Assembly: GCA_963667175.2 (NCBI GenBank)
Contig: CAXXXF010000012.1
Span: 192,001 to 256,000 of the forward strand
Source of the DNA: Candidatus Latescibacterota bacterium
GTDB taxonomy: Bacteria; Latescibacterota; UBA2968; GCA-2709665
DNA: 64,000 nucleotides
Direction of reading: 5' to 3'
Both the position numbers and the translations under genes were made by a program. The notes beneath the pieces are model-generated. The model worked only from the letters and a program-made list of their open reading frames with translations. It was not told where the DNA came from and made no database searches. Shown here one piece after another: positions 1 to 10,621 of the stretch. Numbering within the stretch: the stretch's first letter is position 1; every line of letters begins with the position of its first letter.

Positions 1-784
1 CGTCGGTTTTCAGCACCCGCATCCAGCCCCGATAGCGCGCCCGCCATTCGGGCGTATCCTCACGGGGCCCGACGAAATCCGCATACCCCTTCTCCCTCAC
101 CCAGTAGGGATACATAAACAACTCCACCGCCGTCGCGCCCACAGACCCCATCACAGCCAATGCCACGAAGGCCCCCTCCGCCGGCAAGGCGAAGCGAAAC
201 CCTGACAATACCTCGTCGCCGCCCACGGCGTAGGGCGTTGCCTGCATCGCCGCGACGGACCCGATAACGACCAGACTGAAGCCCGCAACCAGTACGGTGA
301 TCATGCGTTCGAGGTCGGCGTACAGACCCCGGTACAGCAGAATCGAGATGGCCGCGAATACCAGAACGGCCCAAACGTTGTACGGGACCCCGGGAAGGAG
401 GGTCACCATCAGTCCGGCCACCGACCCCAGGATGCCGATCACGGCGATCATCACCGAGAAGTATCCCAGCACGCACAACCATGCCGCCCACGAGGTATTC
501 GCCAGCCGCATTCCGGGCACGCGATCCAGCACCTGTATCGTCGTACTGTTGCGCAGAACGCACTGGCGCCCGAGTTCAAGCTGGATGAAGAACTTGACCA
601 GACAGGCCAGGATCACCCCCCAGAGGAACACGAAGCCCACCTCGGCGCCCATGCGCGTGGTAACCAGCAACTCGCCGGATCCAACCACCGACCCCGACAC
701 AACCATGCCCGGACCGATATTTCGGAGCAATCCTCCGATGCCCCTCGGCGCCTCGCGCACCGACCGCTCGGTCGCATTCGCCAT
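1..784 (-). CDS. Nramp/YcsG-like divalent metal transporter (3' end runs off the window)
   Basis: Not in the ORF track. Manual translation from ATG 784: MANATERSVREAPRGIGGLLRNIGPGMVVSGSVVGSGELLVTTRMGAEVGFVFLW...YPYWVREKG. Multiple TM segments and an Nramp-like GPG...GSGE motif. Confidence 0.8.
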   Translation of the reverse strand, partial: MANATERSVREAPRGIGGLLRNIGPGMVVSGSVVGSGELLVTTRMGAEVGFVFLWGVILACLVKFFIQLELGRQCVLRNSTTIQVLDRVPGMRLANTSWAAWLCVLGYFSVMIAVIGILGSVAGLMVTLLPGVPYNVWAVLVFAAISILLYRGLYADLERMITVLVAGFSLVVIGSVAAMQATPYAVGGDEVLSGFRFALPAEGAFVALAVMGSVGATAVELFMYPYWVREKGYADFVGPREDTPEWRARYRGWMRVLKTD

Positions 785-863
785 CGTCAGTCCTCGCGAC
801 GTCAACCGACACTGCAACGTTCATGCGGGGTGAAACAGCCAGGCCCCGAACGTGCGCTGAACG

Positions 864-2198
864 CTAGTACACCGGCAGATAGCGTTCCCGCTCCCACTGG
901 TCGACGTGCAGATGGTATTCCGCCCACTCTTCGCGTTTCACCTGCACGTAGTAGTCGGCATATTCCGTTCCGAGCGCTTCCCGAAGCACGTCGTCGGACG
1001 CCAGGTGGTCGGCCGCCTCGGCCAGAGTCCCCGGCAGCAGATCGATGCCCCGCGCTTCCAACTCGCTCTCGGACACCTCGTAGAGGTTGCCCTCGTTGCG
1101 TTCGCCCGGATCCATGCGGTTTTCGATGCCGTCGAGCCCCGCCGCCAGCATCGCCGCGGCCGTCAGATAGGGATTGGCCGCCCCGTCGATCGCCCGATTC
1201 TCGATACGGCCCGCGTCCGGGATGCGGACCATCTGCGTCCGGTTCGATCCGCCGTAGGTGATGCAGATCGGCGCCCAGGACGCGCCGGACCGGGGCGCGC
1301 CCCTCGTGAGGCGCTTGTAGCTGTTCACGAGCGGCGCGGAAACGGCCGAAATCGCCTTGGCGTGGTTGAGGATGCCCGCCATGAACCAGTAGGCTTCCCT
1401 CGACAGTCCGTTTTCGTCCGCCTCGTCTAGGAACAGATTCGTCCTGTTCTCCGGATCCCACAGGCTCATGTGATAATGCGCTCCGCTGCCGGTGAGATGA
1501 GAAAACGGCTTCGGCATAAACGTCGCATGGTATCCGTGACGCTCCGCGTTCACCTTCACCATCCACCTGAAAAACGTCTGGCGGTCGGCGGTCGTCAGCG
1601 CGTCGGAATAGGTCCAGTTGATCTCGAACTGGCAATTGGCGTCTTCGTGGTCGTTGGCATAGGGTTCCCAACCCAGATCCTGCATATATCCGATCAGCGT
1701 GGTCATCACGTCCAGGTTGCGATGCAGGGTGACGAGATCGTAACAGGGCTTCTCCAGCGTGTCCATCGGATCGGCCAGCGAGTAATTGCCCATTTCGTCC
1801 TTTTTCAGGAGAATGAACTCCGCTTCCACGCCCAGATTCAATCGGTATCCCTTTGTCTCCGCCTTCTCGAGCTGGCGCTGCAGAATCGTCCGGGGACAAT
1901 ATCCGAAGGGTTCCCCTTCGACCTGAATGTTACCCGCCACCCACGCCGTATTCTTTCGCCAGGGCAACACGGTCATCGAATTGAAATCCGGTATGTTCAT
2001 CATATCGGAATCGTGCGGTCCCTGCCCCATATTGCCCGCCGCGAACCCCGCGAACCCCGCGCCCTCCGAGGCCATGTCGTCAAGGTGCGTGACAGGCACG
2101 ACCTTGGCCTTCGGCATCCCGCTCATCTCCACAAACGAACACAGAAAGAAGTCGATTCCATTTCTCTCTACGTATTCTTTAACCTGGTCCAGCGTCAT
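864..2198 (-). CDS. gmaS: GlnT-type glutamine synthetase-like enzyme, probably gamma-glutamylmethylamide synthetase
   Basis: GS motifs (GVEAEF, DHEDANCQFEIN, ATFMPKPF, GGSNRT, RIENRAIDGAANPYL), the GAGFAGFA signature of the GlnT/GmaS clade, and methylamine gene context. Confidence 0.85.
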   Translation of the reverse strand: MTLDQVKEYVERNGIDFFLCSFVEMSGMPKAKVVPVTHLDDMASEGAGFAGFAAGNMGQGPHDSDMMNIPDFNSMTVLPWRKNTAWVAGNIQVEGEPFGYCPRTILQRQLEKAETKGYRLNLGVEAEFILLKKDEMGNYSLADPMDTLEKPCYDLVTLHRNLDVMTTLIGYMQDLGWEPYANDHEDANCQFEINWTYSDALTTADRQTFFRWMVKVNAERHGYHATFMPKPFSHLTGSGAHYHMSLWDPENRTNLFLDEADENGLSREAYWFMAGILNHAKAISAVSAPLVNSYKRLTRGAPRSGASWAPICITYGGSNRTQMVRIPDAGRIENRAIDGAANPYLTAAAMLAAGLDGIENRMDPGERNEGNLYEVSESELEARGIDLLPGTLAEAADHLASDDVLREALGTEYADYYVQVKREEWAEYHLHVDQWERERYLPVY

Positions 2199-2225
2199 CG
2201 CGAATTCTCCCCCGGAAAATCATCG

Positions 2226-2456
2226 TTAGGAATCCTTGCCCTCGTCTTCCGTTTCCGATGCGGAAGGACCGGCTTCCGCTAACTGATCCAGTTCGTCCCG
2301 ATAGACCGCGTTCTCGTGTTTCATCTGCCAGACCGTGTACGCGAGCCACAGGACAACACAAACCACGAAGAGAGGGACCTCGTACCCGACGAAGGGATAC
2401 ATGGGACCCACGTCAGCCGGATTTCCCGTCCACGTGTCTACCAAACCCGTTCTCAT
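2226..2456 (-). CDS. Small single-TM membrane protein
   Basis: 76 aa, strong RBS (AAGGAGGTG), GPMYPFVG followed by one hydrophobic helix, in operon position. Confidence 0.7.
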   Translation of the reverse strand: MRTGLVDTWTGNPADVGPMYPFVGYEVPLFVVCVVLWLAYTVWQMKHENAVYRDELDQLAEAGPSASETEDEGKDS

Positions 2457-2601
2457 CTGCCACCTCCTTGACCGATCGTGTGTATGAAAATCAGTTGTCC
2501 CGCTCGGAATCTTGAACAGTACGTCTCAGACCCCGAAATATCGAATTCCCGGAAGCGCGGTTCGCTGGAATCGGCACGCTCGACGGATCGCGGCCCCGAC
2601 G

Positions 2602-4287
2602 TCAGAACAGCCCCACGGTCTGTCCGGCTTCATCGTAGTCGATCGCCTCGGCTGAAGGTTTTCGGGGGAGCCCCGGCATTGTCATGACGTCGCCGGTGTA
2701 CACCACCACGAAACCGGCCCCGGCAGACACCCGCACGTCGCGGATGGGCACGTTGAAGCCTCTCGGTCTGCCCTTCAGTCCCGGATCGGTCGAGAGCGAA
2801 TACTGGGTCTTGGCCATACATACCGGAAACCTTCCGTACCCCGCTTCCTCGAGCTTTCCGAACCGGGCTCTCAGACGTTTGTCCCCCATGATATCGTCGG
2901 CGCCGTAGATTTCCCGGGCCACGATCCTGGCCTTGTCCCACAACCGCAGGCTATCGGGATACAGAAGGTTGAAATCGGCAGGCGCCGTTTCCGCGGCTTC
3001 GACCACCGTTCGAGCAAGCGCTTCGGCGCCGGCCCCTCCCGCGGCCCAGTGTTCCGCAGGAACGATCGGCAGGTCCATGTCGGCGCACCTGTCCCGGATC
3101 AATGCGACCTCACGGGTGGTGTCGGAAAGAAACCGGTTCACGGCGACGACCGCCGGCAGACCGAAGCGCCGGATATTCTCAATATGCTTCCTGAGGTTTA
3201 CGAGCCCTTTCTCCACCGCGGCCGGATCGGGGTCCGCCAGCCTCCTGAGCGACGTCCCTCCATGGTATTTCAGCCCCCGGACGGTTGCCACGAGCACCAC
3301 TACGTCCGGGCGGATGCCGGCCTGCCGGCACTTGATGTTCAGAAATTTCTCCGCGCCGAGGTCCGCGCCGAATCCGGCTTCGGTCACGGTGTATTCCCCC
3401 AGACGCATCGCCAACTTCGTCGCGATCACCGAATTGCATCCGTGCGCGATATTGGCGAACGGACCCCCGTGGACGATCGCCGGGTTGTTCTCGAGCGTCT
3501 GGACCAGATTCGGTTTCAACGCGTCCTTCAACAGCACGGCCATCGCTCCGTGCACATTGAGATCTGCCGCCGTGACCGGTTCGTTGGCCCGTGTGCGCGC
3601 AACGACAATTCGACCCAGCCGCTCACGAAGCTCGTCGAGCGACTCGGACAGGCAGAAGATCGCCATCACTTCGGACGCGACCGTGATCTCAAACCCGGAT
3701 TCTCGAGGAAAGGAATTCCCCGTGCCCCCAAGACCGATGACGATGTCCCGCAACGCCCGGTCGTTCATATCCATGGCGCGCTTCCACAGGATGCGCCGGG
3801 GATCGATATCCAGCCTGTTCCGGTGATGAAGTTGGTTGTCGATTGCCGCGGCCAGCAGATTGTGGGCGACGCCGATGGCATGGATATCGCCCGTAAAGTG
3901 CAGGTTGATGTCCTCCATTGGCGCGACCTGCGAGGCCCCGCCGCCGGCAGCGCCTCCCTTCATGCCGAAACAGGGACCCAGAGAGGGCTCCCGGAGACAC
4001 ACGGCCGCGCGCTTGCCCAGCCGGTTCAGCGCGTCGCACAGACCCACGGTTGTGGTGGTCTTGCCCTCGCCGGAGGGCGTCGGATTGATCGCCGAGACCA
4101 GCACCAGTTTTCCGGTGGGATTTCCGGCCAGGCTGTCGCAGAAATCCAACGAAACCTTGGCCTTGTGCCTGCCATAGACCTCCAGTTGATCTTCCGGAAC
4201 GCCCAGCTTTCGCCCGACCTCGCCGACATGAAGCAAATCGGCCTGCCTCGCGATCTCGATATCCGGCAGTATCCCCTGTTCGCCCAT
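2602..4287 (-). CDS. fhs: Formate--tetrahydrofolate ligase
   Basis: [58 protein letters not shown]. Confidence 0.97.
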   Translation of the reverse strand: MGEQGILPDIEIARQADLLHVGEVGRKLGVPEDQLEVYGRHKAKVSLDFCDSLAGNPTGKLVLVSAINPTPSGEGKTTTTVGLCDALNRLGKRAAVCLREPSLGPCFGMKGGAAGGGASQVAPMEDINLHFTGDIHAIGVAHNLLAAAIDNQLHHRNRLDIDPRRILWKRAMDMNDRALRDIVIGLGGTGNSFPRESGFEITVASEVMAIFCLSESLDELRERLGRIVVARTRANEPVTAADLNVHGAMAVLLKDALKPNLVQTLENNPAIVHGGPFANIAHGCNSVIATKLAMRLGEYTVTEAGFGADLGAEKFLNIKCRQAGIRPDVVVLVATVRGLKYHGGTSLRRLADPDPAAVEKGLVNLRKHIENIRRFGLPAVVAVNRFLSDTTREVALIRDRCADMDLPIVPAEHWAAGGAGAEALARTVVEAAETAPADFNLLYPDSLRLWDKARIVAREIYGADDIMGDKRLRARFGKLEEAGYGRFPVCMAKTQYSLSTDPGLKGRPRGFNVPIRDVRVSAGAGFVVVYTGDVMTMPGLPRKPSAEAIDYDEAGQTVGLF

Positions 4288-4296
4288 CGATTCCCT

Positions 4297-5689
4297 TCAG
4301 TTTCCCCGCGCTTCGTCGACTTCCGCCTGAACGAGTTCGTTCGCGTCCGCCGTTTCGTTCTCGATGGTCGCGTGATCCAGACCCGCCAGCTCGATTCGCC
4401 CCGGAACGCGGAGAACGCCCAGCTTCTTGAGGATCGCGCCCACCACGTAACAGGGCAGAAAACCCAGCACGAAAAACATGATGACGGCGCCGAGCGTCTG
4501 ACCCCACGGCGTTATCGGGGCGTATTCGGGATTCGCGCCCGGATACCCCCACAGAACGAATCCCGCGACAATCACGCCGATGACCCCGGCATAGCCATGC
4601 ACCGCCACGGCGCCCACCGCATCGTCGATCCTGAAGCGGCGTTCGACCCAATTGTGCAGCTTGTACATGCAGAACGTGCCGAATGCGCCGATGAGAAGCG
4701 CCTGCATCGGATGATACAGGTCGTTGCCGGCCGACGCCGTGATGATACCGGCCAGTCCGCCCGAGAAGGTCCAGTAAGGATCGCCTTTGGACACGAAATA
4801 CCCCATGATCAATCCGCCGGCGAGAGACATCAGAAAGTTGAAGGTGATGGCGCTGAGCGTCGTGGGTGTCAGGTAAATCGTGGTGGCCGAGAAGAACGAC
4901 CTGCCGTCGGCCGCATCGACGTCCATAATGGGAACGTTGCAGGCCGCGTAGAAGCCCCAGAATCCGGTATAGATCAGAAACAGTCCGATAATGACCAGCC
5001 ACGTGTTCTGCGGCGGGAAATTCCTCGGAGAGCCGTCAGGCCTGAACCTGCCGATGCGCGGCCCGAGGTGATAGAGTATCGCCAGCGCGGAACCGCCGCT
5101 GATCGCGTGGATCACGCCGGACGCGTACGCGTCGTGATAACCCAGCAACTGCACCATCCAGCCGTCCGCGGACCATCCCCACGCCGCATCGATCACCCAG
5201 GTGACCGACCCCACCAGCACCGCAAAAATCCAGAACGCGCCGGATCGGATGCGTTCGATGACCGCCCCCGAAAGAATCGATCCCGCCGTCAACGAAAACA
5301 GAAGAAACGCCGCCCAGAACACGCCGTTCAACCGCGCCCAGAGTGCCGTATCATCCCCGGTCAAGCCCCCGGAGTGCGGCTTTCCCCCCATTATGCGTCC
5401 CCATCAGTTCATTCCACGGCGCCGCCCAGGCGGCTTGTATGAGTCCGCCCGTGATCCCGGGCCCGTTCTGGACCGCAAAGTAGATCCACCACCCGAAGAA
5501 ATAGAACGTGATGGTCACCAGAGGAATCAGCATCGCGTTCTTCATCAGGGTGTGCATCATATTCTTCCGCCTGGAGACGCCGACTTCATACAGACAGAAG
5601 CCGACGTGGATCAGGAACATGAGAACGATGCATATCCAGTAATAGAACTCCGTAAACACGACCGTCAATGCGCTGAGTTCGTTATCCAT
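4297..5689 (-). CDS. amt: Ammonium/methylammonium transporter (Amt family), one frameshift at ~5391
   Basis: ORFs 5351-5689 and 4297-5391 join if one A is removed (CATAATG to CATATG). Motifs GFCLYEVG..RRKN, LGPRIGRF, IDDAVGAVAVHG. Confidence 0.88.
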
Positions 5690-5742
5690 TCCACTCCTCC
5701 CTATTGTGCTTGAATACGCCGACAGGCATGCGACAGAAACCT

Positions 5743-6231
5743 TCAGACCTCCGCGGACCCTTCCGCCATCCGGCTATACTTCCCCCGGTAAAACAGCAGC
5801 GGACGACCCACGCCGGCGTCGCCCGCCACAATCTCACCAACGAAAATGTCGTGGTCGCCGGTCCGCAGCACCTCGATCAGCAGACACTCCACGTGGCCCA
5901 GCGCGTCCGCGAAGACGGGCGATCCCGTCCGGCCAGCGGAGGAAGCCACGTTCGAAAAGTCCTTCGGGCCCGGCCTGGCGAACTGTACGGAAAGCGCTTC
6001 CTGATCCTCGTTGAGGATATTCAATGCAAATTGCCGGCTGGCGGTCAGATGGGCGTGCATCTGCGCCCCCTTGTCCACGGCGACCATGACCAGGGGCGGG
6101 TCCAGCGACAGCGAGGTCACGGCATTGGCCGTCATCCCCCGGGACTCGCCTCCCGCAACCGTCGTCACGACGGTTACCCCGGTCGCGAAACAACCCATAA
6201 TCCGCCGTTGTTCCATCGGGTCGAACGCCAT
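5743..6231 (-). CDS. Flavin reductase (HpaC/DIM6/NTAB family)
   Basis: FATGVTVVT, GMTANAVTSLSLDPPLV, GDHDIFVGE, PLLFYRG. Confidence 0.93.
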   Translation of the reverse strand: MAFDPMEQRRIMGCFATGVTVVTTVAGGESRGMTANAVTSLSLDPPLVMVAVDKGAQMHAHLTASRQFALNILNEDQEALSVQFARPGPKDFSNVASSAGRTGSPVFADALGHVECLLIEVLRTGDHDIFVGEIVAGDAGVGRPLLFYRGKYSRMAEGSAEV

Positions 6232-6350
6232 TCCGATACCCTCTCAATGGCCGCGGCGCAGGATTCGGCCTCGTCCGCCGCCGGACGTCCGGACGCTGTG
6301 AACCGGACCGCCGGGATACCCGTTGAAGCGTCCCAGGTTTCGCTTATCGA

Positions 6351-8689
6351 TCAGGACCGGGGCCGGGTCTTCTCCGGATCGTAGAACGGCAACGGCGCCA
6401 CGCGGGCGGGTATGCGCTTCTGATGTCCGTCCAGCCTTCCCACCTCCACGGCCACGCCGACCGCTGCGTACCCGGTCGCCAGACGGCACAGCGCGATATT
6501 CCTGGCCCAGAATGGGTGAGCGGGCGCCGCTGGTAATCACGCCCACGCGGGCCCTTCCGTCATAGACGTCGTCGCCGGTGGCGGCGGGCTCGTTTCCGGA
6601 CAACTCCAGGCCCACGAGCACGCGTTGCGGATGGGACCGCCTTTGTATCAGCGCCTCTTTACCGATGAAATCGTCTTTCTTGCGTTCGAGCGGAACGGTG
6701 AAGCCGATGCCCGCCTCGAACGGATCCGTCTGATCGTCGAACTCGCAGCCGGCGAAAACCAGACCCGCCTCGATCCGAAGCATGTCCAGGGCTTCCAGCC
6801 CCAGTGGGGTCAGGCCATGCGGCTGCCCCGATTCCCATATGGCATCCCAGACTTCGGGCGCATCGTCGGGATGGCACCACACCTCATAGCCCAGTTCGCC
6901 CGTGTAGCCGGTCCTGGAGACCACAACCGCCGCTCCGCTTCCATGGCCGATTCGACCCACCGTGAATCGGAACCAGCCCAATTCGACCAGGGACGGACGC
7001 GACGGAGGCGTCCCAGATGACTTCCTTGAGAATATCCCGGCTTCTCGGGCCCTGGACGGCAAGATTATGGAGTTGGTCCGTGGCGTTTCTGACCCATACC
7101 CGCATCCCGCGGCGACTCGCCTGCTCGCGCAACCACGCCCCGCCGTAGTCGTCTCCGCAGATCCAGCGAAAATTCTCGGGACCCAACCGGAACAGGGTCC
7201 CGTCGTCCAGCATGCCGCCGGTTTCATAGCACATGGCGGAATACGTCACCTGGCCCGTCGAAATCCTGCGAACGTCTCGCGTGAGCGTGAGCTGCAGCAA
7301 CGCCTCGGCGTCCGGCCCCAGGACCTCGAACTTGCGAAGCGCGGACAGGTCCATCACCGCCGCCGCCTCACGACAGGCGTAATACTCCTCGACGGCGCCC
7401 TTCCCCGTAAAGGAGTACGGCAGCCAGAAACCGCGGTATTCCTCGAAATTTCGAGTCAGGGCCGAGGTTCGCCGGTGAAAGGCCGTCTCCCTCGTCAACC
7501 TCGGTTCGGCGTCTGCCGTCATCCGGTGCGCAATTCCTCTGGAAAAACCGGTACCGTTCGGGGTAGACGCGGACCTGGATCTCTGTTGGCTCCCAACCGT
7601 TGGCCGGATCGATATCGTCCGGGCACGCGGACGACAGGCAGACCAGGTCCGTCAGGGCTTTCAGCAGCACGTAGTCCCCCGGACGAGACCATGGTTCGTC
7701 CATGACAAGGACGTTATTCAGGTCGATTCTCGTATTGTAGAAAAAGTTCACCGCGGGCCAGCCGCGGCGGGACTGAATCGTATACGGGGCCAGTGCCGCG
7801 TTGAAGTTGTCCGTACAGTTGACGTGGCCCGGGTAACCCATATCCTCGTAATATTTCGCGGTGCACGCAAGCGCAAACGTATCGTGCCGACCTACCGTAT
7901 CCCGAACCACTTCGACCAGCGGCTGCATATCCTGGTCGTAAAACTTCGAGAAAAGTCCCGGACCGGGATAAGCGGCGCCCATGAGCGTCCGCGTCGTGGG
8001 TCGCGTCCAGACCCCGCTCGATGCCCCGTTGCAACCGCCTGGCGTCGAACGCCAGAAAATCGGAACACTGCCGGCCGGCGGCGTCGATCACCTGGATGAA
8101 CTCTCCGGCCTTTACCTCGTATGCGATCGCCGACGCCTTCTCCACCTCCAGATCCAGGCGCATGTCGCCAAGAGGCGACGGAAGCGGGGGACGTTCCGGC
8201 GCCTCAACGCGCGAACGCCTGACCACCACGTCGAGGTCCGTGGGAGGGTCCTGGGCATCCACCCTCATCGGCGCCCCCGGCGCCGCAATCAGGCAGACGG
8301 CGTCGTCTGCGGCGTGGAAACACGCTTCGGCGCCGGCTTCCGTTTCTCCGCCGAAGACCTGCACCGCTCTGGCGCGGGGCAAGGTCAACGCCGCGCCGCC
8401 GAAGCGCCGCGTCGGCCGCCTGCGCGCTTTCGTCGCCCCGCCTGAGCGCGGCCGCGAAACCTTCCATCGCGCCATCCGCCCGGAGTCCCAGCCTGGACGG
8501 ATCGGCATTGCCGTCCGGACCGAACACACCCAGTTCGCATCGCTGGCGCCCCTCCACGTCCACAACCGCAAGCCGGTCGCCAGGCGCCAGCGCCAGGGCG
8601 ATCGCCCCGCCGCCCGGCACCCGATAGCGCTCCCTGCCCGGCGTCCACCTCAGCAGTCCCGTCCCCGTCATTTGGACGTCCGCAGGCAT
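6351..8689 (-). CDS. tdm: Trimethylamine N-oxide demethylase (DUF1989 + GcvT domains), five frameshifts
   Basis: Pieces in ORFs 8204-8692, 7714-8571, 7368-7982, 6884-7522 and 6244-7227 join into one protein. GRQCSDF, HDTFALAC..GHVNC, CPDDIDPANGW (Cys-rich DUF1989), then GcvT motifs SRTGYTGELGYE and LRIEAGL. Ends PFYDPEKTRPRS*. Confidence 0.85.
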
Positions 8690-10089
8690 CACCCTTCTTC
8701 GGTTTCAGCCAGAAGCTGGCGCGCGAGTTCCTTCTTCTTCTCGCCGTCCATTTTCTTGAGTTCGTTCCTCAACAACCGCTCGTTCACCGACTGGTTCCAG
8801 TAGTCCAGGGAGTCGAATCCCAGCAGCACGCTCTTGCCCACAAACTGGCGGAGGACCTCGTTCGTGGGGCCCATCACCCAGCCGGCCTTGCCGTCGCGCA
8901 GGTACCGTTCAATCCCAAGGTCGGGTTTGTACCCCGTCCCGCCGCAGGCATGGAGCATCTTGTCGGAGACGTTTGCCACGTTCTTCGCCGCGGTGAACTT
9001 TACCTGCCACATCCAGTGCAGCACGTCCGCCCTGGGCATGCAGGAGAAGGTCCCGGTGGATGGACCAGTCGCACCGATTCGTGACGTCGTCCATCGCGCG
9101 GGCCATCAGGTAGACAAAGGACCGGGAGGCGTTGGTATCGATCACGGCTTCGCCCACGTAGTCCTGGATTGTCGGGTAGTCCGCCACCCGCATGCCCACG
9201 TCAGCGTGCCGCCTGGCGGTGGTATGCCGCCTGGCGATGTCGATCATCCCCAGAGAAATGCCGTTCCAGCAGGCCGATGAGCACAACAGGAAGAACGGAT
9301 CCACCGTCTCGTCGTTCGAATTCGCCCCGTCACCCACCGGCCCCACCAGCCTGCTCTCGGGCATCGTGACGTTGTCGACCTCCAGCGTGCCGGACTGATT
9401 CCCGCGCAGACCCAGGCCGTCCCACAGCGACGGTTCCGCTTTCACCTCGTCGGCCATAACGAGAAAGCAGGAAAGATTCGAATAGTCACCCGCGAAATCC
9501 GGACTCGTCGTCTGCACGATGTACCAATCGGCGAAGCCCGCGGACGTCGTCCAGGACGCCTTCTTCCGCACCTTCCAGCCGCCTTCCACCCGCTCGGCCC
9601 CGGAAGAAACGGGGTAGGTACCAGAAATGAGAGCCCGTCTCCGGGTCCGAATAGGATAACGTGCCCACCAGCACGTCGCTGTCGAGGCGTTTCATGAGGC
9701 CCCTGAAGCGTCGCATTGTCGTGCGCCCGAAACATGGCGGCGGCCACGGCCCCGACGTGCATGGTGTAACACATTGCGGTACTGGCGCACCCGTAACGCG
9801 CGATCGTCTCCACCACCATCGCCGTACACGTGTGGTCTTCTCCCAGACCTCCCCATTCGCGGGGCACGTTCAGTCCCAGCAGACCCAGCGAAGCCAGCGC
9901 TTCGAAGTTTTCCCGTGGAAACACGAGGTTGCGATCGCTTTCTACCGCGTTGTCCCGCAGCGTTGTCCGGCAGAGGTCGATCAGTTTCTCCTGGAGCGCC
10001 CGCTGCCCGGGCGTCAATACCCATTGGGGATCCCAATCGTAGTCCAGACCCCAGAACGCCTCCGGGCCCCACGTCTTCGTATTGCTCAT
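8689..10089 (-). CDS. Acyl-CoA dehydrogenase-fold flavoprotein (possible monooxygenase), three frameshifts
   Basis: ORFs 9442-10089, 9486-9716, 8909-9589 and 8689-9039 join. VPREWGGLG, STAMCYTMH, SYSDPETGS, WDGLGLRGNQSG, CGGTGY..IERYLRD. Stop overlaps the tdm start (TGATG). Confidence 0.85.
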
Positions 10090-10104
10090 TGCGCCTCCGG
10101 GTTT

Positions 10105-10537
10105 TCAGGTTGCCGGGTTTGAGACTGCGCCATGCGCGTCGTCGTCAAGATTCATGCCGTAGGCATCTCCAAGTTCCATCATCGGATGATTATCGGACAT
10201 CTGAAACTTGACGAGCAGCTCCCGTGCGATCATATCACGCTCCTGCTGGTTGTCGGGCAGCGCCATGTCTACGGGAACCAGCACCCAGCCGTTGATGTTC
10301 CGGTCGAATACCGCCGGCTTTCCGTCTTCGTATCCCATATGCACGTCTTCCAACCAGTTCAGGTCCCGCCACCCCATAACCTCGATGTATCGCTTCAGGA
10401 ACGGAGTCAGGAGCCCGTAGTCCGGCGGCAGGTTCACGTCGTAACCGGTATCCGATGTGCTGGCCGATTTCCTTCTCGCGGTCCGAGTCCAGCCCCGTGG
10501 ACTCGAGGTAGTAGTTCACGTCTTTGGCTTCGTCCAT
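10105..10537 (-). CDS. Small acidic protein of unknown function (~143 aa), one frameshift at ~10443
   Basis: RBS AGGAG before ATG 10537. MDEAKDVNYYLE..GQHIGYR continues as YDVNLPPDY..WLEDVHMGYE..FDRNINGW after removing one T. Confidence 0.7.
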
Positions 10538-10621
10538 CGGATTCTCCTGGCGCGGCGCCCTGCCCCCGGAATTGCGAGCGCAGGACCGGTGGCCGTGCGG
10601 TGGGTTACTCGCTTCCGCCGT

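Noticed and set aside
864-2198. Housekeeping glutamine synthetase glnA
   Set aside because: GlnT-clade signature and methylamine context favour GmaS.
6351-7522. Glycine cleavage T protein gcvT
   Set aside because: It is the C-terminal domain of the DUF1989-fused Tdm; no gcvH or gcvP nearby.
6351-10537. Programmed frameshifting or phase variation as the cause of the split genes
   Set aside because: Too many sites, no slippery heptamers or long repeats, and a uniform insertion bias; sequencing error is more economical.
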